Translations under genes and position numbers: made by a program
The notes under the pieces: generated by a model
Told to the model about the DNA's origin: nothing
Databases searched by the model: none
Seen by the model: the letters and a program-made list of their open reading frames with translations, nothing else
Shown: piece after piece, positions 11,228-23,856 of the stretch
Layout of the letters: each line of letters begins with the position of its first letter
Position numbering within the stretch: position 1 is the stretch's first letter
Assembly (NCBI GenBank): GCA_020536535.1
Contig: JAHLWZ010000852.1
Location: 10,367 to 74,366 of the forward strand
Source of the DNA: Pelomyxa schiedti
Lineage: Eukaryota > Protista > Evosea
Length of the DNA: 64,000 nt
Direction: 5' to 3'

Positions 11228-14200
11228 TCAACAAAGCTTCTCTAGGTACTGCGAAATGGTGCGCTGTGTGACCACAGGGGGCGGGTGCTCACACAATATC
11301 GCTGCAAGGGCTGACTGGTCCACCAGATTCCTCTCGTCGCGGAACGGAATTCCGCCAAGTTGGTGCAGCATCAGCCTTAGAGGCCAGAGTGCACAATTGT
11401 AGTCGCTGTGAATTGCCTGCATCCACTCCTCGTTGGTAACCACTTCAAGCCTGCCCTTCCCATAAGTGTGCAGGCTGTAGGCTTCCTGCAGGTGCTCTAG
11501 CAGCGGGATCGGCGGTCCCACAATGTGGTACGTGTTGGCGTCGGGGATCCCGGGGAGTAGCGATAATGCTGCGACTACGGCAGCCACCCAATCCACTGGG
11601 GCCAATGAAGCCAATCGGTCAATTTCTGCAGATGGATTTGGAATCTTTTGCAGTTGCATGGTTGATTTCAGGAATCTGTTGATTGTATCTGTTGGGTTCA
11701 GAGCACCGGTTATGCTGTGTCCAGATATAGTTCCAATACGAAGGACTGGATTGGATTTAGCTTTACAGGTGAATGGAATATATTTTACCTATTGCTTCGA
11801 GTCCAGTGGCTCTTGCTTTTTGGATTAGAATTTCACTCACTCTCTTCGTTAAACCATATGGTGTCATGTTGAGAAGGCCCGGCCGGATATCAGTCTCTAG
11901 AGGCAATTCCAAAATTGGTGCTTTGGTTGCCATCTCAGAAGATGAAAAGGCACTCAAAGAAGAAATGTAAACCAAACGTTTCTTTGTTTGTGAGGCTGCA
12001 AGTTTGATACACTCTACTGTTCCTATTACGTTTGGCCGCCTGAGGAAGCTATACGGACGTATGGAACTTACTGTAGCACCATTGTGGATAATGAGTGTGG
12101 CACTGGTGGCTATGTCGTACCACACTTTTTCCGATAGCCCAAAATATGGTTTGCCTAAGTCACCAGAGATGCAGTACACTCGTTCCAGAATGGTGTCTGC
12201 TGGAATTTGTACGGAATACTTAAGCAAGCTTTCTTTCAGTGCTTCTTGCGGTCTGGATGATGAAGTGTCATGAACAAGGCAAAATACTTTCTCGCAGCCG
12301 GAGGAGACTAATTGTGCAAGGATATGGACACCCAAAAACCCAGTGCAGCCTTTTGTTTTTTTAGTTTTAAGGTAGGTAATGACATTGAAGCTTAAACCTG
12401 TTAGAAAGCAGCAAGTATGAGTGACCACGACTTCTGCAGACCTATTGAACGTAGTTATACTCTCTGTTAAGGTAGTGTCATGTTGTAATTCCGATACAGT
12501 AACATCAGGTGTAGACAATGAGGATCCAAGTGCAAGATCGTTAAGAGTCACGTGCTCTGATAAAAGGGCATGGGGAGCCACGTGAAAGGGTAGTGTTTTA
12601 TTTAGAATTGTGGCCAGACGTATTGCCTGGATGCTATTAAGACCAAAGCTCCTTATTGGCACAGTTGGGGATGGGTTTGAAATATTCAGTTCTGACACGA
12701 GCAACGAATGTGCACTTTGAATGGCTCCCTCAATTCTGCATTGAGTGTTGTACTGTAACATGAGTTTTTCAGAGTACTTGGAGTTTAACGCTCTCCTATT
12801 CAATTTCAGACTTGGCAAGAATAGGGAGTTGTCTCCTGTCCAAGATTTACTATCGAGAAGTAGACCACCAGGAATTTCATGTGAGGGTAAACTGAGTGAG
12901 CCAGCAATGACTTTGAAATCGTCAGAAATCAACTTCACCATTCGTGGGTCACTGCAGAGGAAAGAGTTATCATCCATGTTAATTTGCAGTCCCTGAGCTT
13001 CAGCGTGCTTCGCCAATACATGGAAATTGGGAACTACAACAGCTAGTACACAAGGTAAAAAGCTAGAGACATGAACAAAAACACTCTCCACCAGCTTAGA
13101 AGTGGAGTATATTTTTTCCAATTTCTCAGGTGAAACCTTATGCTCTTCAACTTCACACAAAGGAAAGAATCAAAAATACCCAGAAGCCTTGAGAAAGTTT
13201 GCAACAGAACTTTGCACGATCAATGACTTTTATCTGCATTGTTTCACTCTTCAATTCGACTATATCTCCTGTGCAAAAGAAACCATCTGACGAAAAGTTG
13301 TCTTGATTGCTTGCAGTATTACCAAGATATCCTATATACATTTCTGGGGTTTTTACCTAATCACAGTGGGAACGGAGAGGGTGTGAAGAAGTGTTTTCAT
13401 TTCCTTACCCAAAGAAGGCCTCTGGGCGGTTTGTCAGTTTTAAAGTAGCCAAGGTCAGGAACATCTTCAAGTCTCACTTGGACGTTGAATCTTATTCTAC
13501 CATCCACTGCAATTGCTCCGCACTCAGTGGTTCCATAACCTTCCCGAACATTGATGGGATAGAAGCACTCCTTCATCCAGTTCAGCACTACATCAGGGGT
13601 GGGGGCACCGCCAGTGGATATCCTTACTATCCGGGGACCAAGAAGTTTACGAAAAGAGATCATGGTTGTCCTTTTTACTTCCTCGATCTCTGTTGAGTTG
13701 GTTGAAATAGCCATTTGAGCATTGAACCTGCTTAAAAGTGAGTCATGTCTGGTCTACTAAAAAAACAACCTTACTTGGAATACAGGGACGACCATATAAA
13801 AGGGGGTGCCTGTAAATCTGTGGGACCAAGAATCGAAACCTCTTGAAAGAAAGTTGCTAAATCACCGGAAAATAAGCCAAGTTTCCCTCCACTTGACATC
13901 ACTGTCAAAGTGAGGAATAATTGAGCCGACTGAGAAATTTTAGTTAAACGAGAATGACACTAGAGGAATGAACATAGGCTAAAGGCATGTACAACAGTTG
14001 AACACCAGTAGGGGGCGCATCGACGGTCCTATTGTTGTTACTACAGCACCTCAGACCTCCAAAGTACCTTACATGCATGTTAAGGTTTCTATCTGGAATC
14101 ACTGCTCCTTTCATCATTCCTTCACTTCCACTCGTAAAAACAATGGTGCCAGCTGATGACCATTCTCTTGGAACTATCCTCGGCCAGATAGGTGCGGCAT

Positions 14201-15249
14201 TAGATTGTTCAATGGCTTCATTTAAAGAGGTGTAATGAATGCAATTCTGGGCCAGGACTTGCTTTAGACACGGGGATGGTGGTACGCTTTCAAGTACTAC
14301 CAACCACCGGAAAAGGGGGAAAGAACCTTGGCAAGTGGCACTCTCCATACTTCTTCTGGATATAATGTGATGGATCATATCAAAGTGTGAAGAGTCACAG
14401 AAAATGGCGGTGACATCCGAGTTCACAAGACCCTCAATTACAGCCTCATTGGATACTTTTGGGGAAATGGGTGCTGTAACACAGCCAGCGAAGGAAGAAC
14501 CAAAGAAAGAAACAATCCAAGCAACTGAATTTTCACCAAGAATGGCTATTCTTGAGCCAGGTGGTATCCGTGCTGTGGTAATAATCCACGATTGAAGTGC
14601 ACGTGAAGATAAATAGATGTCCCAATATGAAGTCCACTTATATCCCACAATCCCTGCTCCTTCCTTGTGCACTCCAACGCCAAAGAGTGGTCTTTCCCGC
14701 CATAAGAGAAGTGCAGATCTAAGGGACCGAGCAAAACAATTGTAAACAGTATTTGGATATCCAATCCGTGAAGGAGAGACCACAACCACAACGTGTTTAT
14801 CTTCAACTGTTTGTTTTAGATCAAGAAAAGTGAAACTACAAGCCAACCAAAGTGTTTCCTCCAAGTGTCAGATGAAGCCCAGCACTCTTCACACAAATCA
14901 AATTCACCTGTACTCAACTCATCACATGTACTGCAGTGATATCTCACCCCATCATCCTTGATACCAATCCTAGCCAAAAGAAAAAGGCAGAGCAGGAAAA
15001 AGAACATGGACAAAAAGGTGAACCATAACAAAAACTGAAAACGAAATCGAAAACGAACCTACAAGCATCACATAGTATAGCAGCCCGTGGTTCCAGTGAA
15101 AATTGATCCCCTGCGTCCCTCCCATCATTGTAAGTGTCCTGTTGGTCATTGCATTTATCCGGCGCACCAATGAATCCTCTACACACGACGCCATCAACCT
15201 CGGTTTCCAGGGCCTTCCCATCATTGAGAAACACGCTGCCGCACGCCAT
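11228..15249 (-). CDS. NRPS-like carboxylic acid reductase (adenylation-PCP-thioester reductase) with N-terminal ZZ zinc finger
   Basis: A domain: FTSGSEG..KG, GYGTTECG, TGD, DR...KLSQG..VSPEKLE. PCP: FGLNSIQA. R domain: TGCTGFLG, HNGA, NV.GT, YISS, YGLTK. Spliced N-terminus: CDAC..RYHCSTC..FDLCEEC..H..H. Confidence 0.88.
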
Positions 15250-15501
15250 ACTACCACACTACAGCGAGAAAAGCCGAAACAGCCAAAAAAACCTTTCCAA
15301 GAAACTAACTTCACAAACAACAGGGTAATCTCTTTGCTTTGCAATTTGTGAATTGTGTAGTGTAAACCAGTTCAACAGGAACAGTAGTGTTTTCGGCTAC
15401 TGCTGATAATGTCTGGTGGGTTTTGGATTTTAAACATTGCGATGCTCCTCATTCTCTACTCCTTTTGCTCACTATAGTATGATACATAGCCGTAAACAAA
15501 A

Positions 15502-18500
15502 TCAATCCTGGCCTGAGGCAGCCAGAGCCAATGCACGCCATTTGGCCAAATTGGTCGCAACATTCTCTTGAAGCTCGGATCTCAGGGAAGGCAGAACCTG
15601 GCCAATTACATCCGCAAACGGCTGGATTACATATTCAATGAATGTGGCTTGGCACTTGGGTATTTTCTGTTGTGTTTGTGGGAGATGAGTCTCTTTTTTT
15701 TTTTTTGTGGTGGTTTTTTGTACCGAGTCAGTTCTATCCATGAAAGGGGATACTGGTAACTTCCCTTTTTTCTCTTCATCACCTTGCCGGAAGAATTCCT
15801 AAATGGCAGTAGTTACAATACACCTACACTCAAAAGGAATTAAACCTCCATGATTCGTTCCGCCCAGAGTTTGGCAATTTCCCAAGGTCTAGTGGCATTG
15901 TTTACATCTGCAAACTTTATGAACATCTGTAAAACGGCATCTCGTTCGGACTGCATTCTTAGAATACAATACATTTGGATGTGAAAGTAACCTTTTTCTC
16001 CCAATCAATGCCTTTAGTCAAAAATTTTGTTTTGAAGGAACTCAGCAACTCGACATGCCTTGACATATCTGTTGGAATGTAAGAAAAATGGCGGGGAATC
16101 GTTTCCAACCAGTTGCTAATACTAACGATGTTACAAGCTGATGAAACTCTACAATCTCCTTCTAGTTTGAAATGAGCAAGGAAATGAATAGTGGTACTGC
16201 TTACCCTTTCCCATTTCTCAAGGAAATTGTTCTCATCCATAAAGAGGAGCTCAAAACTGACAGCTGCGTGCATGTTTTCCAAGATCTTTAAGCAGTCACT
16301 TGGTGAATTTTAAAAGAAATTTATACAGATATCCCATTATATCGTATTGCCAGCCCGTCAAGAGTGGTGTGCAGGTAGTTATTATTGACACCAGGGTGGC
16401 GGTAATCTGATTGGGAAAAAAAACCAGTTCACTCTTCAGAGAAAGCAAAAAAGAAAATACCGTGTATCTAGATTTTTTTAATAAAAATAAAATAAAAGAT
16501 TTGCGCATACGGCAGAAGCAAGAATAGAGGCAAAAATTTCTTTATCAGAAATTTTTATTTCGCCAAGACCTCGTAAACACATATGGACAGCTTGACAAAC
16601 TGAACTTTGTTTACTTATAAAGTCAGGTGAGACAAAATCGTACCGTCAATGGCATGGAGAGCGCAATGATAGCTGATCTATGGTTAATGAATTTCCACAA
16701 TCCGAGAATTCTTACGGGTTATCAAAGTAACCGTCAGCGATTTGCATTATATAGTTTTCGAGCTTTTGTCTGTTGAGGGACAATTTGTCTACAAGGCAAT
16801 AGAAATCCACTAATTTCATGAAAATACGATGAAATACCACCTCTGCAGCTGGTGAGTAATTCAATGTAAGGAATAGCCTTTCATACTGGGAGCTTGTGGG
16901 AATTCTAACACATTGAAGTTCCAAGAATTGAGCGAATGGGAGTCACCAGAATCTTCAATGACAATTTTTATGCTTATGAAAATTTGTCAACCTAACTCGC
17001 CAGATAAATTGTGTATTACCTATTTGTATTGGAATTTAAAGGAACGCCCTGTTGAATTTGCTCGTTTTCATCAGTATTGTATCGAAGAAGGGTTGTCTTT
17101 ATGTAATCGTCCACTTCTGAATCCACATCTGATGCAATGTAACTCAACTATGTCGAAATTGCCAATTTTGTACACACTGAGTAGTCCCATTTGCTTTTTG
17201 GAGATGTAATCAGCTTTGTATAATTTATTTGAAGCAATCAGTCCAATGACTTCATTGAGCTCTTTTCTCATCCGTGAAGTGAGTCCTGCAGGAGTTGAGA
17301 CTTATATTGTGTTCAGGTCCTCTTACTTCTGGCGGATTTGATTTCAGATAATGTTTGTATAGCAAATTCAGCTGGTGTATCAAGTACGTTTATGCCAACT
17401 TGATGTTCCAGAGCATGAACCTATCTTGATAAGAGAACCTAGTGGAGAGTACAAAGGAACCTTTGCTCTGAATCGCAAAAGCATTAGGCACATAAGAATT
17501 AATGTGATTGACACAATAAAAAGAATCCCACCAGCAACACTTGACATAATAGCAACCGTAGGGTCTGACTTCAAAACATAGGAGTAGGGTATGAACACGA
17601 CAAGAGACCAAGGGGTGGCCCTGATAGCACTGTGCACGAGGAGGTACTTCTCTTTTCCTATGGGCCTCACGTCATAGCCCGTAACGGTGAAGTTGATCTG
17701 CGTGCGTAAAAGAGGATACCGAGTGTAGAGAGCATTACGTCAGCAACGGATGTGGGAAGCTGGCAGTAAAGTGTGCAATTCTCCACTTGAGAGAAGACAG
17801 AATTGGTCAGGGTCGTGCCCGTCAAAATAATTTTGGAGCTGTCCAGAGCTATGGCAAAGGCTGTCTGAAGTCAACTCAGAGGAAATAACTTCTCTACACA
17901 CAATTTGGACAGGGAAGAAATTCTTCCAGAAGGAGTGTTGAAGCATTCAGGGAAAGTTGAACAAACACGCCTCCAATGTAAGTATCATGCATATACACAG
18001 GGTACGAAAGACTTACTTTATACACTAGGGGAAAGTTAGTTTGTATGCACAGGGGAAAATGGTTACAGGCTTGCGTGAGAAATGACGCTGGCCCGAGATA
18101 TTGTATGGTATGATTGAGGTTATGTATGGGATCAGCCAAAGGAATGAGAGAACAATCTTGAGGGATTGTTTCAGCAATGGTGTGATTTTCAAGGTTTTGC
18201 CAACCCAATGCCCTGAACAATTACACTAAGATACTACAAGTGTGATAGTTGGTACCTCAGCCAACAGGCTAGCCCATATTCAGAGCCTCCAGACAATATC
18301 CAACCACTTGCTCGGGTAACAGTAGAGAGGAGCGTTGTACCAATCTCATCTAACAAGTGACTCATTACGTAGGCGTCAATTGCCGCACAATATTGAGGGC
18401 AGTCCACACACTCCCCCTGTCCTGAGAGTATTGGAAATAATATTAGTTAAGTGTGTCTGTACCATTAAAGTATTTTTGGCAAAATTCTTCCCAGAGGTCA

Positions 18501-19093
18501 AAACATCTGCACGAGGTGACATTTAATTTCTCCACTACCGGAAGCATCCCTTGCCATGCCACAAACTGCATAATTGTCAACCAGGCGAATATTGGATAAA
18601 AATTAACCTCAGTGGTCCTATTGGGGTTCTCATCAGAGAGGTAACCATATTTTGCAGGATGACCACGAGCAGTTGCTTCCTCTTGAGTGCAGTAAAACAA
18701 ATTTAAAAGTTCGGTATCACTCAGAGAACTAGTACTCAGAGTGTTATCCATAGAATTCCCCAAAACACGCATGAGCTATTGCCAAGTCAATGTATTTAAG
18801 GGCAGCAAGATACCCAAGAAACCTGGTGTATGTTCACCAACGCATTTGAGACATAAGTCGCATTCTTTTCCACCTCAGCCAACAATTGAGAGAGAGTTCC
18901 ACTGTCCAAGTGTGAGGAAGAAAAAAGAAAAAAAGGAAAAAAAACATGCACCAAACAGCCATAATAAAGTCAGGGGGAAAAAAAAAGTTACACACGAGTT
19001 TTCGTAAGTAAGTCCGTGGACCAAGCACACCAGACCCATAATCACAACTTGAGGAGGACCCACCAACTTCATCACCCAACCTCGTCCTCTCAT
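15502..19093 (-). CDS. Class I cyclic-nucleotide phosphodiesterase with long N-terminal putative ectodomain and one TM helix
   Basis: PDE motifs YHCALHA.DV.Q, IHDYRHPGVNN, RYN..ILENMHAA, TDMSRH, IKFADV, EEFFRQGD.E, Q..FI. Hydrophobic N-terminus and TM helix VAIMSSVAGGILFIVSITLILMCLMLL. Start is uncertain. Confidence 0.88.
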
Positions 19094-19328
19094 GATGAGT
19101 GCACCCCACAAAGAACGGGAAAAACCCTCAGGCCTCGCTGGCTACCTACGAACGAACCCCCTTTGGTTTTGGTGGTTGTCTGGGCCCACGAACGAACGTT
19201 TTTTTCTTGTGATTCGTTGATCAGGCTCAGGCTCTGGAAACAACCAACGGCCGAAAGAACTGAACTGGCGAAACCCCTTTTCCGTCATTGGGAAATTTGG
19301 GAGCCGCGTTACGCTTTTGGCCAAAGAA

Positions 19329-20684
19329 TTAGATGCGCGTTACCGTTTTAAGTAGTTCCAGAGGTGCAACATCAGGGAATGACGGCATGTGTTGCAAGAT
19401 GAGCTCCATGACGTGGGCTGTTCCGTGCTCTTGGCGTCCAACGAATAGCATTTGTGGGGGGCTGTTGGGAATATCCTCCCCTACGTTTACGAAAGGCATG
19501 CGGTCTGTGTGTGGAACCAATGTTAGTTTTTGGGGGATTTGGCGAGATTGTTTGTGGTTATTTGGGTGGCGAAGTGGTAAGTAATGCCATACCTGAAAGT
19601 GGCTTGTCGTTTGCGTTTGGGGAGTCGCCAAATGCAATGGCTGAATCGAAGGAGAACCCGTATTCAGGGTGACTAGCCATCCAGTCGAGAGGTGATCCTT
19701 TGTTTATTTCCTTTTTCCTCAACCAAATACCTGAATGTTACATTAGTCAAGCAAAGGGAGGGACACTTGGGATACTGTTAGGGGCGCGATCCACGGAAAT
19801 TCCCTTGGAATCAAAGAACCCATCAGTGGGAACATACTTTTGTGACACAGACTGAACAAAGCCCATCATAGAGATTGTGCAAGTGTGGTGTACTCCTCCC
19901 GGAGAGGACACGGGAGGACCGTGCCTCTCCACCACAGTTTCGTTGGTCTCACACATAATTGCACCACGTGTGGTAATTTTTTCTATGGATAGGGCTTCCT
20001 CCAGAGGGGTAGTTGTGTCATCAACAATCTTCGCGAAGGGTTTTTGATATTTTGCTGACAATGCCAATAGTGGTGTGCGGTCCTTTCTGAAGTCACGGAA
20101 AAGGGCCAGGAGCATCTTAACAAGGTGAAAAGAAATAAACTACATAGGGAGCTACCTCCTGTGCCTTCAAAAGAATATCTGGGATTATTTCGTTTTGTAT
20201 GCAGGTTGTACCTGAGCAAAATGTCTCCCTGAAGGTTACATCCTCGGATGGAGTACCTTCCTACATAAGGTACTTTGAGAACATTCCAATATAACGAGAA
20301 ACAAACATTCCCAGTGAACTTGATGATGCATGCACCTGAGCACATTGACACCACAACGTTCTGCCTCAATTCAGGTGGTATTTGCTCAACAATTTGGTTG
20401 AAAACTCTTCAAAGCATCAGTGATAAATTCAAAAAAAAAAAAAAGCAAAACAACATAGGGAAAAAAAAATGACACCTTAGGCCAGCAGTGGTAACAACCA
20501 TCAATTTTCCTCCACTTTTCAACCAGGCCACTAGTGGTGCGTGCACGGGGCTCGTGGTCAGAGGAGGAAATAAGCCGGTCCGAGGTTTGCACACGAGAGT
20601 GTCGTCCATATCAGCAACAAGCCATCTCAATCTAGAACTACGAACAGGACAACAAGACGGCTCAGATCCGGAAGCACCACTCAT
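19329..20684 (-). CDS. HAD-superfamily hydrolase (subfamily II-like)
   Basis: Motif I LVADMDDTL, motif II VVTTAG, motif IV FGDSPNAND. Confidence 0.75.
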
Positions 20685-20867
20685 TGCGCAATAAAGATCT
20701 CGTTTGAACGAATTGAATTTCTCTCACAGTGCCCTGCAACGAAGGAGCTTGCCTCAGGAAAAAGGAACACTGAACTGGGATTTTTTGACACCTTAGAGCA
20801 GGGGAATGCTGCCAACGCTGTTCTCAAGGCTTCGTGTTCAGATCTACAAGCAGTTTTCTTTTATTTG

Positions 20868-23102
20868 ATGTCCGCTGGTTCGCGTGGAGTGTGCCCACCA
20901 AGACAGCAACAGCCACCGCAGTCGCAGTCGCAACCACAGTCCAAGGGGAAAAGACCCGTAGGGGAGAGTGGATCTGAGGCACTGTGGGAGTGTTTGATAA
21001 CCGCGGCAGATCCAGTCTCCGCGCTGACGGCATTCTCGTCTGCGAATGGTGTTGATAGCACATATGGTTGGTGTTTCTTATGGATTGCCTGTTTCCCCCT
21101 TCTTACTGGAGAAAAGCAAGTGACTTAACTCCGGTGCTAAGTCTGTTGGAGTCTCACCATGTGTCACGTGTTACTGTACACCAGGCGCTTTTGGGATCCA
21201 TAAAAAGTTCCCTTTTGACTGCCATTCCATCAATGCCATCCAACAAGTTCGTCCATCAGCCCCTTGCTCTGTTCTCAAATCTCACAGATTGTTAATTCTT
21301 CTTCAAGACTCGTTCCCGTACATCCACTTTGAGGAGCTACGTCCAATTCCCCTTGCTGTTCTGGAAACACTCCGGGAGATACCTGAAAATTACCTTCGGT
21401 TCATAGCATCAAATAAGGAGTTATATCAGGTTGAGGAAATGGTTGGCTAATTTGAGTTTACCCAAACAAGCTCTGTTCAGTGTCAGTTTGGAGACAGATT
21501 TGGCCTTTGGATTCTGGGCCTCTGAAAGATGAGGTCTTGTCACGTAACTGTGTTCATTATTTTTCCTAGCTAATGCTTGTTAAGATTTGTAGCATCATTC
21601 GGCCCGTTTTGGAAAATTCTGGTATATGTACAGAAAATCACGAGTGGTTTGAAAAGGGACTTTTCACAAGCAAAAGTATAGGATCCTACACTTTTTATGC
21701 TCAAAGCTAACCTTGTCCCAAAACCCAAGAGCATACCACCAGCGCAGGTTTTTCCTAAAGCCTAATTCATTCTAACTTTATCAAGATGGTCCAATAGTGT
21801 CTGCTCTCAGGCGACTTGTTGGGCGAAACAGCGTTATATACAACCTTGTGGTGGAAATCCTGACACAGCACTTCATCACCACCAGTAATCCACTTCTGTG
21901 CACTCTTAGGTCAAATCTCCTCATGTCACTGCATGGTGATGGAGTCTCAGAGATTTATGACAAAGACCCCATCCACAACTTTGCCTGGTGTGTGGATGCT
22001 TGCATAAAGAGTCCTTCTTTAGATGAAAGGAACGTTCACAATACCTAAAGTATAACATAAGCAACCTGAGTGACTCTCTCTTAGACGAATACAGGAAGTT
22101 TTTTCACATGCCTGTCGCATCTCAGAAGGCAACTCAAGGAAAATCGGGGACTTAGCAGTCATTATGGCGAATCCCTTTGCTCTCAACGCTTTTTTATCAA
22201 GTATTGTTCCTCTATTAAAGTCTGTGGTTGAAAGAGAACTTGTTCCAAAGGTGAAGCCCCACTTCTACTTCACCAGTGTTGATTATTATATAGGACGACC
22301 CGGCGGTGATTCAAGTCACTCGGTTATTACAATTAGGAATGTCTGTCCATGAAATACTAATGGCCACGGGTCCCTTGAAACTTCCAGAGGAAGATTATCG
22401 CACTATACAGGTTTATCCAATCGTTCAACTGATGTCTTACTCTATCAGAAATTTTATCCTATAATCGCCGAGAAGATTGTTTTAGAAGGATTTGAAGACA
22501 ACGAACCACTTCACCCAGGTTTCAAGAAGTATATGCAGCAAAGTTCTTTGTGCCGAAAGGTTCATCTGAATTTTTTTTATATTGCCCATTAATTCACTGG
22601 GTAGTGTGGTCTTTACTACATTGTAGCACGTGTTCAGAAAAGAGACTTTAAATCAGCATTACCTATGCTGTTGGCTGCTACTGAGCTTGACGATTTGCTG
22701 CAGTCTGAATATGAGTTCTGCCAATCGTTAATTTCTGTGCTGTGTACTCAAAAGGTTTGGCCACGTGAATCGCTTTTTTTAAAACTGTTTCCAAGGATTT
22801 CCACGAGGCCATATTCAACACAATGGCCATTCTGAAGAACCTTGACACCGTTCACACACAGTTGGTCCGATATCTTATACACATGTCTACACACCTTCCA
22901 ACACCCGAATTATGTAGGCATGTGACCTCACTCACCACAGAGTGCGCACTCGGTACCAACATCCCTTTTCAATAATCAGTTGCTCACTCGAAACACAGAC
23001 CCTAGAACAGTCCAAGTTCCCTACAACACCCTAATAGCAAAATCATCCGGCAAACTCACGCCTACAACCACACCATCACTTTTCTCCTTCCTCTCTTTGT
23101 AG
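20868..23102 (+). CDS. NELFB: Negative elongation factor subunit B (COBRA1) homolog
   Basis: Spliced peptides SFPYIHFEELRPIPLAVL, RQIW, YNLVVEIL..F......CTLRSNLLMSLH...EIYDKDPIHNFAWCVDACIK and GDLAVIMANPF match remembered COBRA1 family blocks. Confidence 0.85.
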
Positions 23103-23158
23103 CATTCCTAAAGAAAGAAAGAAAACCTAGTGCACAAAGCAAGGTAGGTCAGTTCATT

Positions 23159-23590
23159 TTAACTCCACCACCATTTGCCATCATCCACATCCTGATATTT
23201 TGCCCAGTGGTAAAGGTGCGTAGTTTCTTCAATTCGCCTGCAATCCAGTGGGCACACAGTTATTTTTGATGCACACTTGTGGCAGCAACACTCATGCCTA
23301 CAAGGAAGGAACTGAACGTCCACATCAGGTACTAGGCAAACACTGCAAAGATTGCGCTTGATGTCAGTGTTCTCAGCCGCCACTTCTATCTTGTTCCATG
23401 CCCTTACAGCACGCCCAACAAGCAGTGATATCACCACCACATCGTCAACGAAACTACAAGAATAAGAGCGATAGAAAGGAGTGAGTGTGTACCCAACAAG
23501 CGGAATTATGTCAGGAATGACATCCAGGGGAAACAGCAAGTATGCCAGAGCCACCGCCAACAGCCCTTTGGTGAATACGCCCACTTTCAT
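23159..23590 (-). CDS. DUF1232 (YkvA-like) membrane domain + C-terminal RING finger
   Basis: AYLLFPLDVIPDIIPLVG-FVDD motif with one intron. RING CSVC..FLPCRHECCCHKC..CPLDCR. The start may lie further upstream. Confidence 0.8.
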   Translation of the reverse strand: MKVGVFTKGLLAVALAYLLFPLDVIPDIIPLVGYTLTPFYRSYSCSFVDDVVVISLLVGRAVRAWNKIEVAAENTDIKRNLCSVCLVPDVDVQFLPCRHECCCHKCASKITVCPLDCRRIEETTHLYHWAKYQDVDDGKWWWS

Positions 23591-23856
23591 TGCTTCAGAC
23601 CCAGGAGGTGGTAATGTGGTTGTTGCTGCGGGTTTGTTGCTGTCCTGCAAGTAGTCATCACCACAGTGGAATAACACCTCCCTTGTCATACGAAGGAGTG
23701 CACCTGGAAGAGGTGTGGCCAGTACAAGTGACTGGGAAACAACGAATCGATACAATGTCGTTAGAACAGGCATTACGACGAAAACGAAATCTTTTGCTGT
23801 GTGTCTTTGCTTTTGTTTTTGTTTTGGCTATTTGGAGTAGATGAAACTTGGAGCTT

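Noticed and set aside
20775-20830. Sm-site-like GATTTTTTGA followed by a weak hairpin
   Set aside because: No U1/U2/U4/U5 signature. It lies in a 183-bp divergent promoter in T-run-rich DNA.
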